Source of the DNA: a virus
Taxonomy: Duplodnaviria > Caudoviricetes
Virus record (IMG/VR): IMGVR_UViG_3300042866_001263
Direction: 5' to 3' (one strand)
DNA length: 64,000 bases
Part shown: piece after piece, positions 49,528 to 58,116 of the stretch
Layout: the number at the start of each line of letters is the position of its first letter
How positions within the stretch are numbered: the stretch's first letter is position 1
The notes under the pieces: generated by a model
Told to the model about the DNA's origin: nothing
Database searches by the model: none
The model's input: only the letters and a program-made list of their open reading frames with translations
Made by a program: the position numbers and the translations under genes

Positions 49528-49566
49528 TGCTATGATGGGGGGACACCTAAATAGGGGTGACCCCCC
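49528..49566 (+). promoter_or_regulatory. Extended -10 followed by a GC-rich hairpin with TAAATA in the loop
   Basis: TGCTATGAT, then GGGGGGACACC-TAAATAGG-GGTGACCCCCC. Confidence 0.65.
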
Positions 49567-49576
49567 TTCTCCGTAG

Positions 49577-51352
49577 ATGGCAACGCAGAACAAGCATCTA
49601 GAGCACCTGGAGGACGAGCTGATAAATTATGGATACAACGGATATCTCGCCTCCAAAGATCTGATCCAAGGTTTTATTGACGAACTTGGTGGTCGTCCTA
49701 CTGGTAACGTGAAGGTTACTACCAAATGGGATGGCGCTCCTGCTGTGGTTTGTGGCATTGACCCAGAGAGCGGTCGTTTCTTTGTCGGCACTAAGTCCGT
49801 ATTCAACAAGAAAGAACCCAAAGTAAATTTTACCGATGCAGATATCGATAAAAATCATGGACATATTCCTGATCTTGCTACGAAGCTAAAGTATTGTCTA
49901 AAGTATTTTCCTGAACTGAAAGTCAAGGGAGTTATTCAGGGAGACCTTCTTTTCAGCAAAGAGGATATTCAATCCAAGACTATCGATGGTGATCATTTCT
50001 ATACGGCAACGCCTAATACTCTGACGTATGCTTGGCCCGTTGATAGTGATCTTGGCAAAGCAGTAAAAGCAGCACAAGTTGGAGTTGTGTTTCACACTTA
50101 CTATAGCGGTGGTAATACTCTGCTTGAGATGGGTGCTGGATTTGGTGTTGATCAATTCAATCTTAAATCCACCCGCAATGTATTCCTTGCATCTGCTACG
50201 GTAGATAACATCAGCGCCAAGTCTGGTTTGACTTCTGCAGAAGAGCGTGTATTGAAGTCTGTAATTTCTGTTGTTAATAGGAATGCTCCTGTTGCCAAGC
50301 AGTTTCTTGAAACTATCGCTCATGAAGCGACCAAGCAATTCACTCTTGGTTATACGATGAAGCGTTACACCAACTCCTTTGTGAAAGAAGGTAAGACGAT
50401 CAACAACACCGCCAAATTCATGAGTGGATTTCAGGCAGCGTTTGAGAAGTCTTTGGTTGAAAAGGTTGAGAGCTTGAAAACTGAGAAGTCTAAAGCACAG
50501 TATCGTGACATCCTTGCTAATGGCATTTCTTATCTAGAGGATAGCAAGCGAGCATTCAAAGCATTCATTGTGATGTATAACTCCTTCACGAATGCCAAGA
50601 ACCTGATCAACTTGAAACTTGCTGCTCTCAGCGACACCCGTGTGTTCCTGCGTAATGGTGATAATTTTGTGGTTACCAAACCAGAAGGTTATGTTGCTAT
50701 CGTAGATGGCAAGGCAGTCAAGATTGTTGATCGTCTTGAGTTCTCTCGTGCTAACTTTACGTTGGATAAAACTTGGTCTCCTCCAGTTGGTGAAGGTGCT
50801 AAGGTTGCTGTATTCACGTTCGGTCGATTTAATCCTCCTACCACTGGACATGAGCTGCTGATAAATAAGGTCAAAGAGTATGCTGGTAGTAATGACTACT
50901 ATGTGTTTCCCAGTCACACTGTAGATAACAAAGGTAAAAATCCTTTGGATCCAGAGGACAAGGTTGGGTTCATGAAAGAGATGTTTCCAGATCACAAGTC
51001 TTCTATTGTCTATGATACTAATATCAAAGATGCTATCAAAGCGTTGAAGTGGTTGGAAGAAAAGGGATATACGGATGCCATCTTCGTAGTTGGTTCTGAT
51101 CGTGTTCCTGCCTTCCAGTTCATCAAAAAATATAATGGAACGGATTACAAAATGAATACGATTGAAATAAAGAGTGCTGGTACTAGAGATCCAGATGCTG
51201 AAGGTGTTGCTGGTATGTCTGCTAGCAAAATGAGAAAGGCGATTGCTGAGATGGATTTGAAAACGTTCGTCTCTGGTCTTCCCACTCATCTAAAAAGAAA
51301 CAAAGATTTCAAAACCCGTTTGTTCAAAGCAGTAAAAGGTAACCTTCCATGA
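49577..51352 (+). CDS. Fusion of a conserved T4-like domain (HLEHLED / KWDGAPA, DUF6267-like) with a HxGH nucleotidyltransferase
   Basis: NKHLEHLED, TKWDGAPA, PEGYV, DRLEFSRANF; then FTFGRFNPPTTGH, VVGSDR, MSASKMR. Confidence 0.8.
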   Translation: MATQNKHLEHLEDELINYGYNGYLASKDLIQGFIDELGGRPTGNVKVTTKWDGAPAVVCGIDPESGRFFVGTKSVFNKKEPKVNFTDADIDKNHGHIPDLATKLKYCLKYFPELKVKGVIQGDLLFSKEDIQSKTIDGDHFYTATPNTLTYAWPVDSDLGKAVKAAQVGVVFHTYYSGGNTLLEMGAGFGVDQFNLKSTRNVFLASATVDNISAKSGLTSAEERVLKSVISVVNRNAPVAKQFLETIAHEATKQFTLGYTMKRYTNSFVKEGKTINNTAKFMSGFQAAFEKSLVEKVESLKTEKSKAQYRDILANGISYLEDSKRAFKAFIVMYNSFTNAKNLINLKLAALSDTRVFLRNGDNFVVTKPEGYVAIVDGKAVKIVDRLEFSRANFTLDKTWSPPVGEGAKVAVFTFGRFNPPTTGHELLINKVKEYAGSNDYYVFPSHTVDNKGKNPLDPEDKVGFMKEMFPDHKSSIVYDTNIKDAIKALKWLEEKGYTDAIFVVGSDRVPAFQFIKKYNGTDYKMNTIEIKSAGTRDPDAEGVAGMSASKMRKAIAEMDLKTFVSGLPTHLKRNKDFKTRLFKAVKGNLP

Positions 51353-53157
51353 GTAGCGTAATAAGTGAAATATATAACGGTGGCAAAGTAAAATATCTAG
51401 ATCCATTTGTATCTGTTTTGCGAGATGGAAAAGAGGTATTTTTCCCTGGTGAAAAAGTTCCTACCCGTAGAGTTTATACAGCTGGAGCAAAAGTAAAAAA
51501 GATTTTAGAAGTTTACGATGTGTTTGTGGAGTGGGGTTTAGATGTTAGTGATAAATCTATCCTCGAAGATATTTTTGCTGATGAAGACTTTGATGCCAAA
51601 AGATCAAAACCTAATTGGAGAGAGATAGAGTTTCAGAATATTGCCGATGGAAAAATAGAAATCTATCGACTTGGTAAGATTGAAAAAGCTACCGTCTCCA
51701 CTTATGCAAAAAAATCCGATTCTAGATTCTCAGGAAAAACATCTGATTGGACAGAGACATTAACATGTTATGCTTTAGCATTTAGACAGGATAAGGGGTC
51801 TGCCATCACAGAAGCTGAGTTTAAACAGTTTTTGATGGATGGGAGAAATGGAGACATTAAAGTAAAGAATATTATAAGCAGAGATGTTGTCACTACACTC
51901 AATACAGAATTAGTATTTGAATTTGGAATAAATGAAGGTGAATGGATAAAGTCAGGAACCAACGTAGCAAATGCTTTATATGCTTCTCCATATCTAAAAA
52001 ATGGAACTCAGTATGATTTTTTCTTTGCTGGTGCTAAAGAAATAGAATGGTTCAAAAGTAAATGGACAAATAAGTTTAACTTGGTATTGGCAAAGCATCT
52101 AAGATCAGCAAATAATATTGCTGCTGATGTTCCCAGATATGGAACTGCTAATGCTGATAAATGGAATCCTGCTGATATCTTTGCCATCTCCAAAAATTTA
52201 AAACGATTTCAAGAAGGACCTCAAGCTTCTAGGGGATTCTTCAAAGGAACTCTGGCTGAGTATAACAAGTTCAGAAAGAAAAATATATCTCCATCTGATG
52301 GAAAAGTCAAAGAAGATATGGCAGAGTTGGTAAGATATAACTCATGGATTCATGAGAATATTCTTAATGGAACTTTGATTCCTATATCTTTGAAGAAAGC
52401 TTTGAAAACCACTAAAGTTGATCTAATCTCAAATCCATCTATTGATGACTATAGTATTGAAGTTAAAGATATGAGAGTTAGTTGGGAAAAAACAGCACAG
52501 AAGATCTACATTTACTTTACAGTAGAATACACTATTTCTGTTGCTGGAACTAAAAACAAAACTAAAAAATCATATAGTTACTTTTTTGATTGTAGAAATT
52601 TTGGTCCTTCAACTGGTGTTCAGTTCGAACTTGGAATTGATGGATCTTCTGCTAAACAAGGAAAAGTTGCCGCAGGCCCAGCAGCGATGATTATAGATAT
52701 GACTAGTTCAACCATCTATAATAAGATAAAGGAAGTCAGAAAAAAGTTTTTAGAAAATAATAATTTTCCAGAAAAACTAGCAAAAGAGTTTACGAATAAG
52801 ATTATCAATAAATCTAGGCAAAAGTTCTTTACTGATAATGAGGACATTAATGCTATAGTCAAACATTCTGGGTGGATTGATTTATTTTCTTCGTATATTG
52901 AGACTTTATCTGGTGAAACTGGATTTGGTATTGAATCTAATCCTCAGAAAGCTCTAACTTATTTTAAATCTAAGATTGGTCCTGTGGAGTTAGGGTGGAT
53001 TATGACCAGTAACCAGATACAAGCAACTATAAAAAATAATGTACTGAAGTCTTTGTATCTATATGCGGGATCTCAGGGACTACAGATCTTTGATGATTCT
53101 GGACTACTCAAGACAAGTTATTTTTACAATTCATCTTATGTGAAGGTTAGAGACTAA
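51349..53157 (+). CDS. AT-rich 602-aa hypothetical protein, possibly a nuclease
   Basis: DKWNPADI...ISLKK motif; sampled line 52501-52560 is 17/60 GC. Confidence 0.6.
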   Translation: MSSVISEIYNGGKVKYLDPFVSVLRDGKEVFFPGEKVPTRRVYTAGAKVKKILEVYDVFVEWGLDVSDKSILEDIFADEDFDAKRSKPNWREIEFQNIADGKIEIYRLGKIEKATVSTYAKKSDSRFSGKTSDWTETLTCYALAFRQDKGSAITEAEFKQFLMDGRNGDIKVKNIISRDVVTTLNTELVFEFGINEGEWIKSGTNVANALYASPYLKNGTQYDFFFAGAKEIEWFKSKWTNKFNLVLAKHLRSANNIAADVPRYGTANADKWNPADIFAISKNLKRFQEGPQASRGFFKGTLAEYNKFRKKNISPSDGKVKEDMAELVRYNSWIHENILNGTLIPISLKKALKTTKVDLISNPSIDDYSIEVKDMRVSWEKTAQKIYIYFTVEYTISVAGTKNKTKKSYSYFFDCRNFGPSTGVQFELGIDGSSAKQGKVAAGPAAMIIDMTSSTIYNKIKEVRKKFLENNNFPEKLAKEFTNKIINKSRQKFFTDNEDINAIVKHSGWIDLFSSYIETLSGETGFGIESNPQKALTYFKSKIGPVELGWIMTSNQIQATIKNNVLKSLYLYAGSQGLQIFDDSGLLKTSYFYNSSYVKVRD

Positions 53158-53411
53158 TGAAAGATTTCAAGAAACTACGTGAAGAGGCACTACGCCAACA
53201 ACAACGCCACGATGAGGTGTTCAAGGAGGGAGACTTTGTTATGTCTTCTCGCAACGGAGAGAGAGGAACCATTCATCGTGTTGGTGGAAACTATGCTATC
53301 ATCATTACTGAAGATGGCGAGATGTTCAGAGAGTGGATCAAGAATATAAGATCTATAAATAATCTGAGAAGAACCTCTTTCTATAACGATGAAGTATCAG
53401 AAACCAATTAA
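53157..53411 (+). CDS. Small SH3-like hypothetical protein
   Basis: FKEGDFV...GTIHRVGGNYAIIITEDG.MFREWIK. Confidence 0.7.
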   Translation: MKDFKKLREEALRQQQRHDEVFKEGDFVMSSRNGERGTIHRVGGNYAIIITEDGEMFREWIKNIRSINNLRRTSFYNDEVSETN

Positions 53412-54162
53412 TACAGTTCAGAATAGTGACGAGTTTTCATCAGGTTTGATGGAAGCTTATGGTAAGTGGATGGGAGGCGATTGCTTCCAGAATACAGAAC
53501 CTGTAGATCTTTACCTTTCTGAAGCATTTGATGGTATGGATCCTCAATCCCATGGTGCTGAGATTGAGCATACTACAACAAAGAAAAAGACTGCCAAGAA
53601 AGAAAGTCCAAAGGCGCAGTTGGCAACTAAGGAAGAGTATGAGGTTCTAGAAAGAGAAGAGTATGAACTAGATGGATCAACATATGTTATTGAAAAGATA
53701 AAAGGTGCTGACGGCAAAGCTTGCTGGAAAGGTTACAAGTATGCTGGCACAAAGAATGGTAAAGATGAATGTGTGAAGGCTGGTTTCGAACCAGAAGGTG
53801 ACGAACTCCAAGAGAAGGCACCTCCTGGCGCAAAGTATGAGCGTATGGTCAAGCACATCAAGAAAGGATATTCAAAGGATGGTTTGAGTGATAAAGAAAA
53901 GTCAATCGCTTATGCTACTGCTTGGAAAGCAAAGAATAAGGGAATGAAGGAAGAGTATTGTGAAGATGATAAAGAAGAGAAGATGGGTAAGTCTTCTAAG
54001 AAGAAGCATGAGAAGATGGAGATGAAGAAGGAAGGTATGGATCCTGTCGGTAAGGAAGACGGTGATATTGATAACGATGGTGACAAGGATAAGTCAGACA
54101 AGTACCTTGCTGCTCGCCGTAAGAAGATTGGTAAGATCATGGCGATGAAAAAAAAGTCATGA
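53389..54162 (+). CDS. Highly charged modular late protein, possibly an internal head protein
   Basis: TATAAATA at 53354; modules ACWKGYK, APPGAKYERMVKHIK, DPVGKEDGDIDNDGD. Confidence 0.7.
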   Translation: MKYQKPINTVQNSDEFSSGLMEAYGKWMGGDCFQNTEPVDLYLSEAFDGMDPQSHGAEIEHTTTKKKTAKKESPKAQLATKEEYEVLEREEYELDGSTYVIEKIKGADGKACWKGYKYAGTKNGKDECVKAGFEPEGDELQEKAPPGAKYERMVKHIKKGYSKDGLSDKEKSIAYATAWKAKNKGMKEEYCEDDKEEKMGKSSKKKHEKMEMKKEGMDPVGKEDGDIDNDGDKDKSDKYLAARRKKIGKIMAMKKKS

Positions 54163-54551
54163 AGACCTATAGACAGTTCTGCGAAGAGTGTGGTTGCGAA
54201 AAGAAAGAACGCAAAGGTAAAAAGAAAGCAACTGTTGAAGTGATGCCAACCGTAAAGGATGGTGCCAAAGGAATGGTTACCAAAGAAAGTATTGTATTTG
54301 GTGGTAACTATCCTGGACCACTCTATGCTCCCCACCCAGATATTCAACGAGAAAATTATGATAAGGGTGAGTATGATTATGAAGGAGACATGACAAAAAC
54401 TCAACTTAGAGGAGTTATTCGTAATGCTCAAGAACTTCATGACATTCTGAAACCAGATGAAAATTTACCAGAGTGGGTGCAATCTAAGATAACCCTTGCG
54501 GCAGATTATATTATGTCATCTGCCGACTACGTAAAAAGCAGGAAGGGATAA
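54159..54551 (+). CDS. Charged modular late protein
   Basis: YDYEGDM...LPEWVQSKITLAADY. Confidence 0.7.
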   Translation: MKTYRQFCEECGCEKKERKGKKKATVEVMPTVKDGAKGMVTKESIVFGGNYPGPLYAPHPDIQRENYDKGEYDYEGDMTKTQLRGVIRNAQELHDILKPDENLPEWVQSKITLAADYIMSSADYVKSRKG

Positions 54552-54579
54552 ATAGATCTGTTCCATTCAGAATAGAACC

Positions 54580-54759
54580 ATGGGCGCAGTAGTAGCGGTT
54601 GTAAAACCAATTCTTCTTCAGATTGCTACACATCCAGCAGTCAAGAACCTTGTTCTTGAACTTCTTGGTAAGTATGTAAAATCAACTGACAACAGTATCG
54701 ATGATGCTGTATTTGCGACTGTCAAAGAGCTTCTCTTCAAACCACAAGCTGAAGCATGA
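54580..54759 (+). CDS. 59-aa amphipathic peptide (not in ORF track)
   Basis: MGAVVAVVKPILLQ...KSTDNSIDD; TAAATA at 54549. Confidence 0.7.
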   Translation: MGAVVAVVKPILLQIATHPAVKNLVLELLGKYVKSTDNSIDDAVFATVKELLFKPQAEA

Positions 54760-54920
54760 TTACCTGCTTTGTAACTAACTGGGGTGTAACCATAGTCCTA
54801 GGTCTTCTGCTAACTGCTTCTGAGTGGTTAGCAAAAACAAAAAGATTTGAGGAAAATGGTTTGCTAGATATAATCACAAAGTTCTTACAAATTGTATTAC
54901 GTAAGGGAGACCATAAATAG
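54756..54920 (+). CDS. 54-aa membrane peptide, holin-like candidate (not in ORF track)
   Basis: MITCFVTNWGVTIVLGLLLTASEWLAKTKRFEENG...; ATGA overlap. Confidence 0.65.
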   Translation: MITCFVTNWGVTIVLGLLLTASEWLAKTKRFEENGLLDIITKFLQIVLRKGDHK

Positions 54921-54941
54921 GGTCTCCCTTTTTTATAAATA
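54903..54941 (+). terminator. Terminator with TAAATA in the loop and a second TATAAATA downstream
   Basis: AAGGGAGACC-ATAAATAG-GGTCTCCCTT followed by TTT and TATAAATA (54934-54941). Confidence 0.85.
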
Positions 54942-54975
54942 AATTTTAGAAATCGGAAATATTTGGAGTGTATCC

Positions 54976-55665
54976 ATGACCCTGTATAGTCGTGCTGAAA
55001 CAAACGCACAAAGCTTGATCGTTCTAAACACTACAGAAAAGAACTCTGTGGATAAGTATGACTGGGACGACACCCTGATTGTTGATGGCGATAGCACAGT
55101 TGTTGGAGCACAGGGTTATGCTACTGCTGCTCGAAAGACAGTCTTTATTGATGACGTAGAAGCAACACTAGATGAGAACAGACAGCGTGGTTTGACTGCC
55201 CCTGGTTGGTGGGAGTATATGACCTATACTGATTCTGATGGCAATACCCGTCACAAGGCACAGCACCTAGTAGCATTCAAAGATGCTCCTGTAAATGCTG
55301 CTGACCTAGACGATAAGGTTGCTGCTGATGTAGCATCTGCTGTAACAATTAGCGTTCAACCTGCAAACTCCACATCAGTAACTGGTGCTGGTTCATTCAC
55401 ACTTACTACAACCACAACAGGAACTCCTGGTGCTCTTACTTATGTTTGGCAGCGTCAGACAGCAAATGGAACAACTTGGAAGAACGTTACTGCTTCTCTT
55501 GACAGCGGTATCACCTATGCTGGTTTCACATCAGCAACTCTAACCTACTCTGGTCTTGCTAGTGCATCTAGAGATGGTTATAAGTATAGAGTGAAGATCA
55601 CATCAGCAGGTGGAACTGAAGAAGTCATTTCTAACGGAGCTGCCACACTTACATTTGGCACCTAA
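54976..55665 (+). CDS. Virion protein with a C-terminal Ig-like domain
   Basis: ISVQPAN...LTYVWQR...ATLT...DGYKYRVKI...SNGAATLT. Confidence 0.7.
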   Translation: MTLYSRAETNAQSLIVLNTTEKNSVDKYDWDDTLIVDGDSTVVGAQGYATAARKTVFIDDVEATLDENRQRGLTAPGWWEYMTYTDSDGNTRHKAQHLVAFKDAPVNAADLDDKVAADVASAVTISVQPANSTSVTGAGSFTLTTTTTGTPGALTYVWQRQTANGTTWKNVTASLDSGITYAGFTSATLTYSGLASASRDGYKYRVKITSAGGTEEVISNGAATLTFGT

Positions 55666-55668
55666 TTT

Positions 55669-56025
55669 ATGAACTTTAGTGAATTGAACCATGAGAATTG
55701 GTTATTCTTTGCCATTCAAAACTACAACAACCCGTCGTCAGTAACCTATAGTGATTTTGAAGAAGACCTCAAACGCTTCAAATACATTAAAAGATTACTA
55801 AAGAGATACGAAACGACGGGTGAATTGAAAACCCATCTCATTCTAAATCATGTGATAGTATTGTATAATGTGTTTGATGATGCAGCAACACCGCTGCTCT
55901 TTTATAAAACCGAAGCAACGTATTGGCCTCAAATAAAGGCGTTTATGTTGTTTCTAAATAGATTACCACCTTCACTTACAAAGGATTTTGATCAGGAATG
56001 TCTGAAAAGTCTAAACCTAATATGA
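55669..56025 (+). CDS. Conserved T4-like hypothetical protein
   Basis: FAIQNYNNP...FEEDLKRFKYIKRLL...LILNH. Confidence 0.8.
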   Translation: MNFSELNHENWLFFAIQNYNNPSSVTYSDFEEDLKRFKYIKRLLKRYETTGELKTHLILNHVIVLYNVFDDAATPLLFYKTEATYWPQIKAFMLFLNRLPPSLTKDFDQECLKSLNLI

Positions 56026-56714
56026 ATGAAATGATGAACGTTGCTGGATCTGGCGAAGGTCTGGCACTACCTCCTGCTTTTGTTATGGTAAATCCAAAAC
56101 AAAATCGTAAATATAAGAAAGGTAATCAAGATAAAGTAGATGGTCGCAGTAAAGGCGCCCGTGCCCTTTTCAATCGTATTCAACACAGAAAAATGAAAGA
56201 ACATCTAGAAACGCAAATTGATGAGGCACTTGTGTCCGATACTGAAAGGGCACAGAAGCAAATTCAACAACAAAAGAAACTCAATCGCTCTAAGGATCTT
56301 CAACAGAAGCGCAAAGAAGCGAAAGAGAAGATGATGAACAAGACGAGAGAAATGGATACTCTCATGAAAGCCCGCCTTTCTGATTTCAAGAAAAAGGCAT
56401 CTGAACAGCAGAAGCGTGTTCAACAAAGAAACTCATTTGAACCCACAGGAAATATTATGACAGAAAACCAAGATGTAATCCAAGTTGCTCTCGATGTAGC
56501 AACTTCTGAACTCAACCCCAGCGGTGAAGCATCATTCGCAAGGATCCAATTTGCTGACGGTGGTGTTCAGAACCTAGACAATTTTTCAGCAAAGCGCATC
56601 GCTGCTTGTTATGCTCAACTTGATGATGAGCACAAGCAACAGTTCCAGTATCTGCTAAACAAAGATGCGTCATCTTATCAGGCAGCACTGAACTTCGCAG
56701 TTCGCAACGTCTGA
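56022..56714 (+). CDS. Conserved hypothetical coiled-coil protein
   Basis: ATGA overlap; LALPPAFV; charged coiled coil. Alternative start 55998. Confidence 0.7.
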   Translation: MNEMMNVAGSGEGLALPPAFVMVNPKQNRKYKKGNQDKVDGRSKGARALFNRIQHRKMKEHLETQIDEALVSDTERAQKQIQQQKKLNRSKDLQQKRKEAKEKMMNKTREMDTLMKARLSDFKKKASEQQKRVQQRNSFEPTGNIMTENQDVIQVALDVATSELNPSGEASFARIQFADGGVQNLDNFSAKRIAACYAQLDDEHKQQFQYLLNKDASSYQAALNFAVRNV

Positions 56715-56725
56715 TAAGGGGAGTC

Positions 56726-57121
56726 ATGTTTGGATTTGGCAGAGACCTAGAAATATTAGAAGCAAAATTTCAAATATATGAAGATCTCTCCAAAGAGATG
56801 CTTGACAAACTTGAGAGAGCAGTAGATAAAATTAGTGAGAGCAACCAGAACGTTGCTCTCATCTTAGAGCGTCATGAGAATAGACTAGAACAGAATGACA
56901 GAAATGACAGTGCGATCATGGAACTGATCAGAGATGTGAAAGATCGTATTGAGAAAGTAGAAAATAGAGTAAATGATCTAGCAACTTTCAGGTGGGTATC
57001 CGTTGGCATCGCTACAGCAGCTGTGGCAGTTATCGGATCGGCCAGTTTCTTCGGCAACCTCTTGACAGTCGGCAATGGCAGTGCTACCATAGGTGGAGGT
57101 ACGCCAGCACAGACTAAGTGA
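56726..57121 (+). CDS. Coiled-coil protein with a C-terminal TM anchor
   Basis: ILERHENRLE...FRWVSVGIATAAVAVIG. Confidence 0.7.
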   Translation: MFGFGRDLEILEAKFQIYEDLSKEMLDKLERAVDKISESNQNVALILERHENRLEQNDRNDSAIMELIRDVKDRIEKVENRVNDLATFRWVSVGIATAAVAVIGSASFFGNLLTVGNGSATIGGGTPAQTK

Positions 57122-58116
57122 GTTCTTTTATTGATGTCAAATATATTCAACTAGTGTCCTCTCGCCTAGTTCTCTTTGCTCGCAAGAAGGCAGACCTGTA
57201 TAACTTCAGGTGTCCGTATTGTGGAGACAGTCAAAAGAGACGCAATAAGGCGAGGGGATATTTGTTCAAGATCAAGAATGACTTTGTGTTCAAATGTCAT
57301 AACTGTGGTGCTGGCAGAACACTTGCGAACTTTATAAAAGATCAAGATACTTTCCTTCATGATCAATATGTCATGGAGAAGTTCAAGGATGGTAAGACTG
57401 GTAAAGGCACATCAGTTCCAAACCCTGTCTTCAATTTTCAGGAACCAAAGTTTTTCAGCAAATCTGAAAATTGTATTGATCTTGAAAAAATATCAGACCT
57501 AAATATTTCTCACCCAGCGAGAGAATATCTTGAGCAACGAGGCATCAAAGATCTAGATTACTTTTACTATTGCCCCAAATTCAAAGAGTGGACAAACAAA
57601 CAAAAGAAAATCTTTGATACACTACGTCAAGATAGTTCCAGAATTATTATTCCTTTCCGAGATAAAGAAGGTAACCTCTTTGGATACCAAGGCAGATCGC
57701 TAGCTCCTAAAGCAAAACTTAGATACATCACGATCATGCTGGATGAAGAGCAACCTAAGATCTTCGGACAGGATAGAGTAAATTACGACGAGAGACTATT
57801 TGTAACTGAAGGACCCTTTGATAGTATGTTCATAAAGAACGCATTAGCAATGGCAGGTTCTGACGTTTCACTGTCTCAATTTTCAAAAGACACGGTGTTT
57901 GTATTTGATAATGAACCACGTAACAGAGAAATCGTAGGAAAATATGAAAAAGTAATCAAAGCAGGATACTCTGTGGTGATTTATCCCAGTAATATCCAAG
58001 AGAAGGACTTGAACGAAATGTCCCTGGCTGGACGAGACGTTCAAAATATAGTAGAATGCAATATCTACAGTGGATTAGAAGCAACCCTTAAACTAAACAA
58101 TTGGAAGAAAGTATGA
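57118..58116 (+). CDS. gp61: DNA primase
   Basis: CPYCGDS...CHNC zinc finger, YQGRSL, VTEGPFDS, FDNEPRN TOPRIM. Confidence 0.97.
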   Translation: MSSFIDVKYIQLVSSRLVLFARKKADLYNFRCPYCGDSQKRRNKARGYLFKIKNDFVFKCHNCGAGRTLANFIKDQDTFLHDQYVMEKFKDGKTGKGTSVPNPVFNFQEPKFFSKSENCIDLEKISDLNISHPAREYLEQRGIKDLDYFYYCPKFKEWTNKQKKIFDTLRQDSSRIIIPFRDKEGNLFGYQGRSLAPKAKLRYITIMLDEEQPKIFGQDRVNYDERLFVTEGPFDSMFIKNALAMAGSDVSLSQFSKDTVFVFDNEPRNREIVGKYEKVIKAGYSVVIYPSNIQEKDLNEMSLAGRDVQNIVECNIYSGLEATLKLNNWKKV

